This document shows positions 1 through 9,190 of a DNA stretch of 64,000 nt, one piece after another; the first letter of the stretch is position 1; the number at the start of each line of letters is the position of its first letter. The position numbers and the translations under genes were made by a program. The stretch is from the NCBI GenBank assembly GCA_963825055.1, contig CAWGSK010000013.1, positions 160,001 to 224,000 of the forward strand, written 5' to 3'. This stretch comes from an uncultured Gemmatimonadales bacterium (GTDB lineage Bacteria; Gemmatimonadota; Gemmatimonadetes; Gemmatimonadales; GWC2-71-9). A model generated the notes under the pieces. It did no database searches and was not told the origin of the DNA. It saw only the letters and a program-made list of their open reading frames with translations.

Positions 1-533
1 AGCGGACCCCAGGCCCCGTCGAGCGCGGCGTGGCCTTCGGTTATCCGGCCGGTCAACGTCTGGGCATGATCTTCTACAATGATGAGGGCACCGAGAACGG
101 AGGTCTCACGTACTACGGGAGCACGAAGGAAGCTCACGCCTCCGCCTACGCCGGCCTCACCTTCGACCAGTACGACCGGGACCAGACCATCGCGCTACAG
201 TACGTGGAGGATGGTGGCCGGCGGCGCTCCGGTCTCGCCATCCAGGACTATTCGACCACCACCACCAACCGGAAATGGGCCGAGCGCTACGACGAGATCC
301 AGGCGATGACTGACTCCGCCGCGAAACGCGAGGCGATGGCGAGGTGGCGGAAGGACGGCGGTCGACTCCGGCTCTTCACCGGCCGCCAATTCGACGGGGC
401 CGCGGTCGTGGCCCTCGCCGACGGGAATGGACGCACCCGGATCCGGCTCAAGGTGGATTCCCTGGGCACCGCAGCTATCGAGTTCCTGGACGACAGTGGC
501 CACGTGACCCGGACGATCGGGCCGGGCGACTAG
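1..533 (+). CDS. hypothetical protein, 5'-truncated by the window edge (probably secreted)
   Basis: Frame is open from base 3 to TAG at 531-533, with GC3-rich codons and a protein-like translation (GMIFYNDEGTENGGL...RTRIRLKVDSLGTAAIEFLD). Confidence 0.7.
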   Translation, partial: RTPGPVERGVAFGYPAGQRLGMIFYNDEGTENGGLTYYGSTKEAHASAYAGLTFDQYDRDQTIALQYVEDGGRRRSGLAIQDYSTTTTNRKWAERYDEIQAMTDSAAKREAMARWRKDGGRLRLFTGRQFDGAAVVALADGNGRTRIRLKVDSLGTAAIEFLDDSGHVTRTIGPGD

Positions 534-636
534 GCGGACAGGGCGGACAGGGCGGACAGGGCGGTCAGGGCGGTCAGGGCGGTCAGGGCGGTCAGGGCGG
601 TCAGGGCGGTCAGGGCGGTCAGGGCGGTCAGGGCGG
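533..636 (+). repeat. 9-bp tandem array GGCGG(A/T)CAG x11 plus a partial unit
   Basis: 3x GGCGGACAG (533-559), then 8x GGCGGTCAG (560-631), starting on the last base of the stop codon. Confidence 0.97.
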
Positions 637-742
637 CGCGAAGCTAAAGTGTCGGATCATATTACACAAACCATGTGTTTGGAATGACTTGCTGAACACA
701 TATCATGTGAATTATTCGGTCTCGCGTGGACAACTCGCCCCA

Positions 743-794
743 CCCGTCTCGTCCGCCCTGTCCATCGCGTCCGTCCTGTCCGTCCTGTCCTGTC
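743..794 (-). repeat. degenerate inverted copies of the 9-bp unit
   Basis: TCCGCCCTG (752-760) is the exact reverse complement of CAGGGCGGA; it is followed in 9-bp register by TCCATCGCG and TCCGTCCTG x2. Confidence 0.8.
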
Positions 795-873
795 GATCCT
801 CCCCTCCCCCGTTCGTCGTCTTCCTGAAAGCATGGTTTCCGCAACCGTCACCCGCACCGTCGAGGATCGTCGT

Positions 874-1347
874 ATGCCCGATATCACTCCCTTCCTCTGG
901 TACAACACCGAGGCCGAGGAAGCGGCGAACCACTACGTCTCCATCTTCCCCAATTCGAAGATCCTCAACATCAGCCGCTACCCGGAGGGCTCGCCGGCAC
1001 CGGCCGGCAGCGTCATGGTGGTCGCGTTCGAGCTGGACGGGAAGAAGTTCCTGGCGCTGAACGGCGGGCCGCATTTCACGCTCGATGAGGCCGTCTCCTT
1101 CGTGATCGACTGCAAGGACCAGAAGGAAGTGGACCACTACTGGTCGAAGCTCACGGCGGATGGCGGCGAGGAATCCATGTGCGGCTGGCTCAAGGACAAA
1201 TTCGGCCTGTCCTGGCAGGTGACGCCCAGGGCACTCGGAAAGCTCATGAGCGACCCCGATCCGGCGAAGGCGAAACGGGTGATGGAGGCCATGCTTAAGA
1301 TGAAGAAGATAGACATCGCGGGGCTGGAAGCCGCACACAGGGGATGA
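874..1347 (+). CDS. VOC/PhnB family protein (3-demethylubiquinone-9 3-methyltransferase-like)
   Basis: ITPFLWY...AEEAANHYVSIF...ALNGGPHF...MCGWLKDKFGLSWQV; RBS GAGGA at 862-866 before ATG 874. Confidence 0.92.
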   Translation: MPDITPFLWYNTEAEEAANHYVSIFPNSKILNISRYPEGSPAPAGSVMVVAFELDGKKFLALNGGPHFTLDEAVSFVIDCKDQKEVDHYWSKLTADGGEESMCGWLKDKFGLSWQVTPRALGKLMSDPDPAKAKRVMEAMLKMKKIDIAGLEAAHRG

Positions 1348-1526
1348 ACGGAGAGATCTCTCAGACCTCCGTTGCGTCACTTCAGTGATAGACCGGCCGA
1401 GTCGCGACTCTCAGTCGCGAAAAGGGGGCGGACGGGGCGGTTGCTAATTACTACCATGTGAGGGTCATGATTCACGCGCTCCAAGGGCGGGACTGACTCC
1501 GGTGAGCGCTGGAGTGCTTTTCCGTC

Positions 1527-2000
1527 TCATGGCCTCCGCCCAGGCCCAGCCCCCTCCCTCGCGGCCTGAATCCGTTCCATCAACCTTTCCCTGAGCACCA
1601 GGAACTGCGCCCGCTGCACCGCCGTCAGGTAGTCCATCTCCCGCACCTCATCCCGGAACGACGTGGCGTACGCCACCTTCTCGTTCAATAGCTCGTCCAG
1701 CAGGCTCTCCACGCTGTCCGCATTGGCTGCGACGCCGGGGCGGAGCTGGCCGGCCAGTGCCTGCTTCAGCTCCCGCTCGCGCATCACGAGCTGGCGGCGC
1801 TGAACGGCATTGCTTCGAAGCGTCTCGCGAAGCTTCATCGCCTGCTGGTCGGTCAGGCCGAGCTGCTCCCGCACGGTCGCGCCGAAACGGGTCTCGATGG
1901 CCTGGCGGAGGCGCTCTTCCCGCTGCATGTCGTTGTCCTGGGCAATGGCCGGGACGGCCACGAGCAGGAGCAGGGCCGACAGGATCAGTCCACGCATCAT
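1527..2000 (-). CDS. secreted Spy/CpxP-like helical protein
   Basis: Signal peptide, LGLTDQQ and LTAVQR (LTxxQ) motifs; third gene of the ECF operon. Confidence 0.7.
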   Translation of the reverse strand: MMRGLILSALLLLVAVPAIAQDNDMQREERLRQAIETRFGATVREQLGLTDQQAMKLRETLRSNAVQRRQLVMRERELKQALAGQLRPGVAANADSVESLLDELLNEKVAYATSFRDEVREMDYLTAVQRAQFLVLRERLMERIQAAREGAGPGRRP

Positions 2001-2509
2001 CCCTCCAGGGAGCGGAGGACCCGCTCCAGTTCACCGGTCGAAAGGTCGTCCAGACGGGCATCGGGGCCCGGCGTGATGGTCGAGAGCGGCGCGTCGATTC
2101 CCTCAAAGACCTGCTCCAGCTGTCCCGCGCTCAGGCTGTCCAGCACCGGCAGCCGGATCACCAGCTCGTCTGCCGCGTCCGGGGCCGCGGTGGTGTTGAC
2201 GAGGGCCGTCGGCCAGACGAAGAGCGCCAGGACGGCCGCCGCCGCGATCAGCGCAACCGGCGCCCAGCGGCGCGCACTCGCCGGCCGGTCCACCGGGGTC
2301 CGCAACCGCTCCAGGGCCCCCGCCGCGATCCGGTCGATATTCAGTGCCCGCTCGACGCCCCGGCCGAGGGCGGCGGTCGCGCGGACGAGGTCCAGCTCCT
2401 CCCGGCACAGATCGCACGTCGCCAGGTGGCGGGACTCGTCCGCGGTCCACGCCGCCTTCCCCGCCGCCACATCCGGCATCCGCTCCGAGAGCTGTTCGCA
2501 TCGCGTCAT
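1997..2509 (-). CDS. zinc-binding (ZAS/zf-HC2) transmembrane anti-sigma factor
   Basis: HLATCDLC (HxxxCxxC), one TM segment, 4-bp overlap with the ECF sigma gene. Confidence 0.82.
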   Translation of the reverse strand: MTRCEQLSERMPDVAAGKAAWTADESRHLATCDLCREELDLVRATAALGRGVERALNIDRIAAGALERLRTPVDRPASARRWAPVALIAAAAVLALFVWPTALVNTTAAPDAADELVIRLPVLDSLSAGQLEQVFEGIDAPLSTITPGPDARLDDLSTGELERVLRSLEG

Positions 2510-3054
2510 CGTACCGACTCCTTCAACCGCTTCACCGCATGGTGGTAGTGCACCCGCGCCGCACCCGGCGTCGTCCCGAGCGCCGCGGCGACGTCGCCGT
2601 ATTCCGCCCCAGTCTGGACCCGCATCAGGAACACTTCCCGCTGGAGCCTGGGCAGCTTCCCGATGGCCTCCCGGAGCCGCTCGCCTGCCTCGTCCGCGGC
2701 CAGGTGGGTCTCCGGATCCCGCCCGTCCGGGATGTCCCGGTCCTCCAGCGAGAGAAACGTCCGCCCCTTCCTTCTCCGGTACTGGTCCCGCATCACGTTG
2801 CCCGCAATGGTGAAGAGCCAGCTCCGGAACGACGCCTCACCCCGCCAGGAATCGAGTCTCCGGAAAGCCCGGAAGAAGGCCTCCTGGACCAGGTCCTCCA
2901 CCTCCGAGCGCACGGCGCCCGCGCTGTAGAGGAAGCGGCCCACCCCCGGCGCGTGCCGGTGAACCAGCAGCGTGGCGGCCCGCTCGTCCCCTTCGCGATA
3001 TGCCGAAACCAGATCGGCATCAGCGGGGCCATCCTGCCGGGTCAGCGCTTCCAT
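2506..3054 (-). CDS. ECF RNA polymerase sigma factor
   Basis: EDLVQEAFFRAFRRL...SFRSWLFTIA (region 2) and LPRLQREVF...YGDVAAALG (region 4); start at ATG 3054 inferred. Confidence 0.92.
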   Translation of the reverse strand: MEALTRQDGPADADLVSAYREGDERAATLLVHRHAPGVGRFLYSAGAVRSEVEDLVQEAFFRAFRRLDSWRGEASFRSWLFTIAGNVMRDQYRRRKGRTFLSLEDRDIPDGRDPETHLAADEAGERLREAIGKLPRLQREVFLMRVQTGAEYGDVAAALGTTPGAARVHYHHAVKRLKESVR

Positions 3055-3094
3055 GCCGAGGGTAGGACGCCCCTTACCGGCAGACGTTAAGTGG

Positions 3095-3124
3095 TTGACC
3101 GGCAAGCCCCGGGGCGGGTACCTT
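3095..3124 (+). promoter_or_regulatory. putative sigma70 promoter for the TetR/aryl-CoA operon
   Basis: TTGACC (3095-3100) - 18 bp - TACCTT (3119-3124). Confidence 0.55.
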
Positions 3125-3129
3125 CCGTG

Positions 3130-3143
3130 CGAACGAACGTTCG
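3130..3143. promoter_or_regulatory. palindromic TetR operator, PaaR-type
   Basis: CGAACG-AA-CGTTCG is a perfect inverted repeat at the predicted TSS and fits CNAACGNNCGTTNG, the Thermus thermophilus PaaR consensus as I recall it. Confidence 0.72.
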
Positions 3144-3151
3144 GACGGACT

Positions 3152-3757
3152 ATGAAGCCCTATGATGAACGCCTCCAGCAGCTGCTCGATACCGCCGCCG
3201 TGACCTTCGCGGAGCGGGGCTTTCATGGTACCTCCATGCGGGACCTGTCCCGGGCGAGCAAACTCAGCCTGGCGGGGCTCTATCATTATGTGCACAGCAA
3301 GACGGAGCTGCTGTTCCTGATCCAGGACCGCTGCTTCGCCGAGGTCATCGCCGGGGCCCGGGAGGCCCTGGCCGGCGTGACGGATCCCGAGGAGCGGCTC
3401 CGGACATTCATCCGGCACCACGTGGGCTTCTTCGCGGCGCACATGGACGAGATGAAGGTGCTCGCGCACGAGGAAGACGAACTCTCGGGCACGATGCGGG
3501 AGACAGTGCGGCAGCGCAAGCGGGAATACGTCGCCCTGCTGTTTGACCTGCTGGACGCGGCGGGCGGCGGCGCGGGCCACCGGCAGGTGGCGGCCTACGC
3601 CCTCTTCGGCATGATGAACTGGATCTACACGTGGTACAATCCCGGCGGTGCCCTGCCCCCGGCGCGGCTCGCCTCGGACATGGCGGATCTCTTCCTGAAC
3701 GGTTACCTGACACCCACCCACGCGGCCACCCCCATGGCCGCATCGCACGGAGGTTGA
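3152..3757 (+). CDS. TetR family repressor (PaaR/KstR2-like)
   Basis: N-terminal HTH FAERGFHGTSMRDLS...LYHY; C-terminal FGMMNWIYTWYNPGG. Confidence 0.93.
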   Translation: MKPYDERLQQLLDTAAVTFAERGFHGTSMRDLSRASKLSLAGLYHYVHSKTELLFLIQDRCFAEVIAGAREALAGVTDPEERLRTFIRHHVGFFAAHMDEMKVLAHEEDELSGTMRETVRQRKREYVALLFDLLDAAGGGAGHRQVAAYALFGMMNWIYTWYNPGGALPPARLASDMADLFLNGYLTPTHAATPMAASHGG

Positions 3758-3762
3758 ACATC

Positions 3763-4593
3763 GTGGCTACAACGGTTACTCCCCGGCCCGGCGCGCCGGC
3801 CCCCACGGACCAGGTGCTGGTCGATTACGAAGTGAAGGACGGCCTCGCGATCATCTCGCTGAACGACCCGCCGGCCAATACCTACACCTACGAGATGATG
3901 CGGCAGCTCGACGCCGCCGTCCTGGACGCCCGGATGGCCGATGATGCGCACGTGATCATCATCCGCGGCGCGGGCGAGAAGTTCTTCTCCGCCGGGGCGA
4001 ACATCAGCATGCTGAACAGCGTGACCCCGCGCTTCAAGTACTACTTCTGCCTCCATGCCAACGAGACGCTGAACCGGCTCGAGCACACGCCGAAGCTCAC
4101 CATCGCGGCGCTTAACGGGCACTGCGTGGGCGGCGGCCTCGAGATCGCCATGGCGTGCGACATGCGCCTCGCCAAGCGGGACGGCGGCAAGATCGGCCTC
4201 CCCGAGGTGAACCTGGGCGTGCTGCCCGGCACCGGCGGCACCCAGCGGCTCTGCCGGCTGGTCGGCAACTCGAAGGCGATCGAGCTCATGACCACGGGTG
4301 AGACGTACTCCTTCGAGCGCGCCGAGGAGCTGGGCATCGTGAACAAGGTCTACGACAACGACAGCTTCTGGGAGAACGTCGTGATGTTCGCGAAGCAGTT
4401 CACCCCGCCGCACAAGGCGGCCAGGGCCGTTGGCGCCATCAAGCGCGCGGTGCAGTCGGGCAGCCAGGTGCCGTTCGAGAGCGGCCTGGCCATCGAGCGG
4501 GAACTGCAGCAGCAGCTCTTCCAGAGCGAGGACGCGAAGGAAGGGATCTCGGCGTACGTGGACAAGCGCATGGCCGAGTTCAAGAACCGCTGA
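3763..4593 (+). CDS. enoyl-CoA hydratase/isomerase, single-domain BoxC-like ring-cleavage hydrolase
   Basis: Crotonase motifs GGGLE and LPEVNLGVLPGTGG; GANISML...KYYFC..ANET.N.LE resembles the BoxC N-domain; GTG start with GGAGG RBS. Confidence 0.85.
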   Translation: MATTVTPRPGAPAPTDQVLVDYEVKDGLAIISLNDPPANTYTYEMMRQLDAAVLDARMADDAHVIIIRGAGEKFFSAGANISMLNSVTPRFKYYFCLHANETLNRLEHTPKLTIAALNGHCVGGGLEIAMACDMRLAKRDGGKIGLPEVNLGVLPGTGGTQRLCRLVGNSKAIELMTTGETYSFERAEELGIVNKVYDNDSFWENVVMFAKQFTPPHKAARAVGAIKRAVQSGSQVPFESGLAIERELQQQLFQSEDAKEGISAYVDKRMAEFKNR

Positions 4594-6027
4594 TGCACAC
4601 CGATCTCTTCATCGGCAACGAGTACGTGGCGGCGGCGGGTCACGGGCGGTTCGACGTGATCAACCCCGCCACGGAGGACGTGCTGGCGGACGTGGCGCTC
4701 GGCGACGTGGCGGACGTGGACAACGCGGTCCGCCGGGCCCGGGCCTGCTTCATCTCCGACGAGTGGCAGGGGATGAGCACCCCGGAAGCGCGGGATGATC
4801 CTGGCCCGCGCGGCCGACCTGCTCCGGGAGCGGCGGGATGACTTCGCCGCCCTGGAAACGCGGCAGAACGGGAAGCCGCTGTTCGAGGCGATGATCGACA
4901 CGAACATGGCGACCGAGGTGCTCCGCTACTATGCGGGCTGGGCCGACAAGATCACCGGTGACACGCTCCCGATGGACCGGGGCACCTTCGCGTACACGCT
5001 CCGCGAGCCGGTCGGTGTGGTAGGCGCCATCGTGCCGTGGAACTTCCCGCTGAATCTCGCCATGTGGAAAGTGGCCCCCGCCCTGGCGGCGGGCTGCACC
5101 GTGATCCTGAAGCCCGCGACCGAGACACCGCTGACCGCCCTGCTCCTGGGCGAGGTGATGCGGGACGCCGGGCTCCCGGCCGGCGCCTTCAACGTGGTGC
5201 CCGGACACGGGAAGACCGCGGGTATGGCGCTGGTCCGACACCCGGACGTGGACAAGATCGCCTTCACCGGCTCGACGCCGGTCGGGCAGATGATCATGAA
5301 GGAAGCGGCCGACACGGTGAAGCGGGTGACGCTGGAACTCGGCGGCAAGAGCCCGAACGTGGTCTTCGCCGACGCCGACCTCGGCGCCGCCGTCCGGGGC
5401 GCGCAGTCGGGAATCTTCTACGGCAAGGGCGAGGTCTGCGCCGCGGGCAGCCGGCTCCTGGTGGAGCGCTCGGTAAAGGACCAGTTCGTGGAACAGCTCG
5501 CCGCGCGCGCGGCGAAACTCACGCCGGGCGACCCGTTCGACAAGGGCACCCGCATGGGCGCTATCGTCTCGAAGAAGCAGCAGGAGACGGTCCTGGGCTA
5601 CATCGCGAAGGGGAAGCAGGAAGGCGCAGAGGTGGTGGCCGGCGGCAACGCCGTCCAGGTGAACGGCAAGGGCTACTACGTGGAGGCGACGGTCTTCGAC
5701 GGCGTCACGCCGGACATGACAATCGCGCAGGAGGAAATCTTCGGCCCGGTGCTCGCCGTCCTCCCCTTCGATGACATGGAGGAGGCGGTCCACCTCGCCA
5801 ACCACTCGATGTACGGGCTGGCCGCCGGCGTCTGGACCCGCGACGTGAGCAAGGCGCACCAGATGGCCCGCGCCATCAAGGCCGGCACCGTCTGGGTCAA
5901 CACGTACAACATGTACGACGCGGCCGCCCCGTTCGGCGGCTACAAGCAGTCCGGCTTCGGCCGGGACCTGGGCCGCGAGGCGCTGGACAACTACACCGAA
6001 ACCAAGACCGTGTGGGTGGGCCTCTGA
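4593..6027 (+). CDS. aldehyde dehydrogenase (candidate BoxD-like semialdehyde dehydrogenase), frameshifted near 4780
   Basis: N-terminus lies in ORF 4593-4841 and the rest ([13 protein letters not shown], catalytic C in GEVCAAG, EEIFGP) in 4795-6027. Removing one C from CCCC at 4780-4783 joins them as MSTRKRGMIL. Confidence 0.88.
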
Positions 6028-7238
6028 TGGGGGCCGGCGAGCCCGTCATCACGGCTGCCCTCCGGACGCCGGTCGCGCGGGCCGGGGGCGGCCTGGCCGA
6101 GGTGCGGCCGGACGACCTGGCGGCAACCGTCGTCAAGGCCGTGGTCCGCCGGGCGAACCTCAAGCCCGAAGACATTGACGACGTGATCCTGGGCTGCGCC
6201 AACGGGGCCGGCGAGGACAACCGGAACGTGGCCCGGATGGCCGTGCTGCTGGCGGGCCTGCCGATCGAGGTGCCCGGCATGACGGTGAACCGGCTCTGCG
6301 GCAGCGGGCTCCAGGCGGTGGCGAGTGCGGCCCAGGCGATCAGGGCCGGCGAAGGCACCGTCTTCGTCGGCGGCGGGGTCGAGAGCATGACCCGCGCCCC
6401 CTACGTGATGCTCAAGACTGACTCGGCGTGGGACCGGCGCCCGCCCGAGGTGGCGGACACCACGGTGGGCTGGCGCTTCGTGAATCCCCGCATGCGGGCG
6501 GACTGGACGATCTCGCTTGGCGCGACCGCCGAGAAGGTCGCCGGGCAGTATGGCATCACGCGCGAGGAGCAGGATGCCTTCGCGCTCGAGAGCCAGGCGC
6601 GGGCGCAGAATGCCCTGGACGCCTGCGTCTTCGGGGACGAGGTCGTCCCGGTGGAGCTGCCGATGAAGGGCGGCGAGATCCGCTGCTTCAGCACCGACGA
6701 GCACCCGCGGGCGGGGCTCACGCCCGAGAAGCTCGGGAAGCTCAAGCCGGCGTTCGTGAAGGACGGCACCGTCACGGCGGCCAATTCCTCCGGCATCAAC
6801 GACGGCGCCGCCGCGCTCTCGGTGCTTGACGCCGCCTCGGCAAAGTCCTGCGGCGTGGAACCGCTCGCGCGTATCATCACAACGGCGGTGGCGGGCGTGG
6901 ATCCGGCCTGCATGGGACTCGGCCCGATCCCGGCCACCAGGAAGGCGCTGGAGCGCGCCGGCCTCACGATCGACCAGATCGACCTGGTCGAGCTGAACGA
7001 GGCGTTTGCGGCCCAGTCCATTGCCTGCATCCGCGAGCTCGGGCTCGACCCGTCGAAGGTGAATGTGTACGGCGGCGCCATCGCCCTCGGTCATCCGCTC
7101 GGCGCCTCGGGCGCCCGCATCCTGACCACGCTGGTCCACGCGCTCCGCCGGCGGGGCGGGCGCTACGGCCTCGCCACGATGTGCATCGGGGTGGGCCAGG
7201 GGATCGCGATGGTCGTCGAAAACACCGCCGCCGGCTGA
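6027..7238 (+). CDS. acetyl-CoA C-acyltransferase (3-oxoadipyl-CoA thiolase PcaF/PaaJ-like)
   Basis: [51 protein letters not shown] coupling to ALDH. Confidence 0.93.
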   Translation: MGAGEPVITAALRTPVARAGGGLAEVRPDDLAATVVKAVVRRANLKPEDIDDVILGCANGAGEDNRNVARMAVLLAGLPIEVPGMTVNRLCGSGLQAVASAAQAIRAGEGTVFVGGGVESMTRAPYVMLKTDSAWDRRPPEVADTTVGWRFVNPRMRADWTISLGATAEKVAGQYGITREEQDAFALESQARAQNALDACVFGDEVVPVELPMKGGEIRCFSTDEHPRAGLTPEKLGKLKPAFVKDGTVTAANSSGINDGAAALSVLDAASAKSCGVEPLARIITTAVAGVDPACMGLGPIPATRKALERAGLTIDQIDLVELNEAFAAQSIACIRELGLDPSKVNVYGGAIALGHPLGASGARILTTLVHALRRRGGRYGLATMCIGVGQGIAMVVENTAAG

Positions 7239-7246
7239 GGCGCCGC

Positions 7247-8047
7247 ATGGGTGACTTCCAGTTTGTCGAGCTGATCGTCGAGCACGGGGTCGGGACCCTG
7301 GCACTCAACCGCCCTGAGCGCATGAACGCGTTCGATGACGTGATGCGCCAGGAAATGGTCGAGGCCGCGAGCCGGCTGGTGCGTGACGACGCGGTTCGCG
7401 CCATCGTGGTAACCGGACGCGGGAAAGCCTTCTGCGCCGGGGCCGACGTCAAGTACATGGCCACAGCGGTGAAGGAGCATGACTGGAACGGCGCGATGGG
7501 CCTCGTCAACTCGGGCGCCGAGCTGGTCACCCTGCTCCGGCGCGCGCCGAAGCCGGTCCTCGCGAGCCTGAATGGCGTCGCGGCGGGCGGCGGGGCCAAC
7601 CTCGCCCTCGCCTGCGACCTCCGGATTGCCTCGGACGAGGCGGGCATCGGCCAGGTGTTTCACCGGATCGGGCTGCACCCCGACATGGGCGGAACGTATT
7701 TCCTCCCGCGCCTGGTGGGCCCGAGCCGGGCGCTGGAGCTGATCTGGTCGGCGGAGGTGCTGCCCGCGGACCACTGCCTGCGGCTCGGCCTGGTGAACAG
7801 GGTGGTGCCGCACGATGACCTGGCGCGGGAAACCGCGGCCTGGGCCGCGCGGCTCGCCGCCCTGCCGCCCATCGCGGCGGGGCTCGCCAAGGCGGCGGTC
7901 TACGAGTCCGGCGGCGGCGAGGATGCCCTGGCAGAGGCACTGGCCCGTGAGTCGGCCAGCCAGCGGACCTGTTTCGAGAGCGAAGACGCAGTCGAGGGCC
8001 TTCAGGCCTTCTTCGAGAAGCGGACACCCCATTTTCACGGGCGGTAG
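7247..8047 (+). CDS. enoyl-CoA hydratase/isomerase (PaaG-like)
   Basis: LNRPERMNA, FCAGAD, GGGANLALACD, IGLHPDMGGTYFLPRLVG. Confidence 0.9.
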   Translation: MGDFQFVELIVEHGVGTLALNRPERMNAFDDVMRQEMVEAASRLVRDDAVRAIVVTGRGKAFCAGADVKYMATAVKEHDWNGAMGLVNSGAELVTLLRRAPKPVLASLNGVAAGGGANLALACDLRIASDEAGIGQVFHRIGLHPDMGGTYFLPRLVGPSRALELIWSAEVLPADHCLRLGLVNRVVPHDDLARETAAWAARLAALPPIAAGLAKAAVYESGGGEDALAEALARESASQRTCFESEDAVEGLQAFFEKRTPHFHGR

Positions 8048-8062
8048 AGAGGAGAATTCAGG

Positions 8063-9190
8063 ATGCGGAAGCTCGGCAATTTTGATGACTGGATTGATTA
8101 CTTCCGGTACTGGCAGGAGTCCATCGGCCTCCCGGTGAAGGAGTTTGAGTCCCGGCTGCCCCAGGGGTTCGCGTTTATCGACAAGTTCTCCGACCCCGAA
8201 GCGGAGGCCATCGAGTTCGGCCACTACAAGGGCAACCGGAAGTGGCCCACGATCATGCACATTCCCGACCAGCGGATCCGGGACGCGTGCCTGAACCTGA
8301 TCGTGTATCAGGGCGACACCGAGTTCGCCTCGGTGGAACAGCAGAAACGGCTGCTCACCAACCCGCCGAGCGACTATGACCTCTTCGCGCTCGTCCGCGT
8401 GATGAGCGAGGAGATGCGGCACGGGTGGCAGATGTCCTACCTGCTCTGCCGCCACTTCGGTGACGAGGGCCGCCGCGAGGCCGCCAAGCTGCTCGAGCGC
8501 CGCGCGGAGGAGGGCGACCGGCTCCTCGGCTCGTTCAACGAGATCGTGGAGAACTGGCTCGACTTCTACACCTACACCCAGTTCATCGACCGCGACGGCA
8601 AGTTCCAGCTGAAGATGCTCTCGACCTCCGCGTTCGAGCCGCTCGCCCTCAGCATGGGCCCGATGCTCAAGGAGGAGAGCTTTCACCTGGGCACCGGCAA
8701 CAACGGACTGCTCCGGATCGTGAAAGCCGGCCGGATCCCGCCGGAGATCATCCAGCGGTACTTCAACAAGTGGGTGCCGACGGCGTTCGACCTCTTCGGC
8801 ACGGACAACTCCTCCAGCGCCCACTGGGCCTACGTCTGGGGCCTCAAGGGCCGGTTCAACGAACGGGAGACCGAGGAGCCGGCGGACGTGGCGCACCTGA
8901 ACGAAGCGAGCCGCGAGCTGTATCACCAGGAGGTGGACCGCCTCGTGAAGCGGCTCAACATGCAGATCCCGGAGAAGGAACGGCACCTGTTCGTGCCCGA
9001 CCTCCGCTTCAACCGGAAGATCGGCACGTACGCACGCAAGTGCTACACGGTCCACGGCGAGGAAGTGAGCCCGGACCAGTACCCGGCCTACCTCAGCACT
9101 GTGACCCCGACGGACGAGGACCGCGAGTTCATCCGGAACGTCACCAAGGACGGAGACTGGATCGAAGCGCGGAAGATGGAATCTGCCTGA
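8063..9190 (+). CDS. ferritin-like di-iron aryl-CoA epoxidase, BoxB-like (short form)
   Basis: QGDTEFASVEQQ, EEMRH, FIDRDGKFQL and EESFH give the E/ExxH/D/ExxH ligand pattern of the BoxB/PaaA family. Confidence 0.85.
   Translation: MRKLGNFDDWIDYFRYWQESIGLPVKEFESRLPQGFAFIDKFSDPEAEAIEFGHYKGNRKWPTIMHIPDQRIRDACLNLIVYQGDTEFASVEQQKRLLTNPPSDYDLFALVRVMSEEMRHGWQMSYLLCRHFGDEGRREAAKLLERRAEEGDRLLGSFNEIVENWLDFYTYTQFIDRDGKFQLKMLSTSAFEPLALSMGPMLKEESFHLGTGNNGLLRIVKAGRIPPEIIQRYFNKWVPTAFDLFGTDNSSSAHWAYVWGLKGRFNERETEEPADVAHLNEASRELYHQEVDRLVKRLNMQIPEKERHLFVPDLRFNRKIGTYARKCYTVHGEEVSPDQYPAYLSTVTPTDEDREFIRNVTKDGDWIEARKMESA

Noticed and set aside
533..636. Possible CRISPR array
   Set aside because: Contiguous 9-bp units with no spacers and no cas genes; the same applies to the other arrays.
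344..1060. ORF with (GGQ)n repeats
   Set aside because: It is a translation of the 9-bp DNA array, overlaps two better genes out of frame, and has no other protein-like features.
1345..1425. Hairpins AACGGAG...CTCCGTT and TCGCGACT-CTC-AGTCGCGA as terminators
   Set aside because: No properly placed U-tract on either strand; function unsupported.
8063..9190. Calling this paaA of a canonical Paa pathway
   Set aside because: Motifs are BoxB-like and paaB/C/D/E/Z/K are absent from the window.
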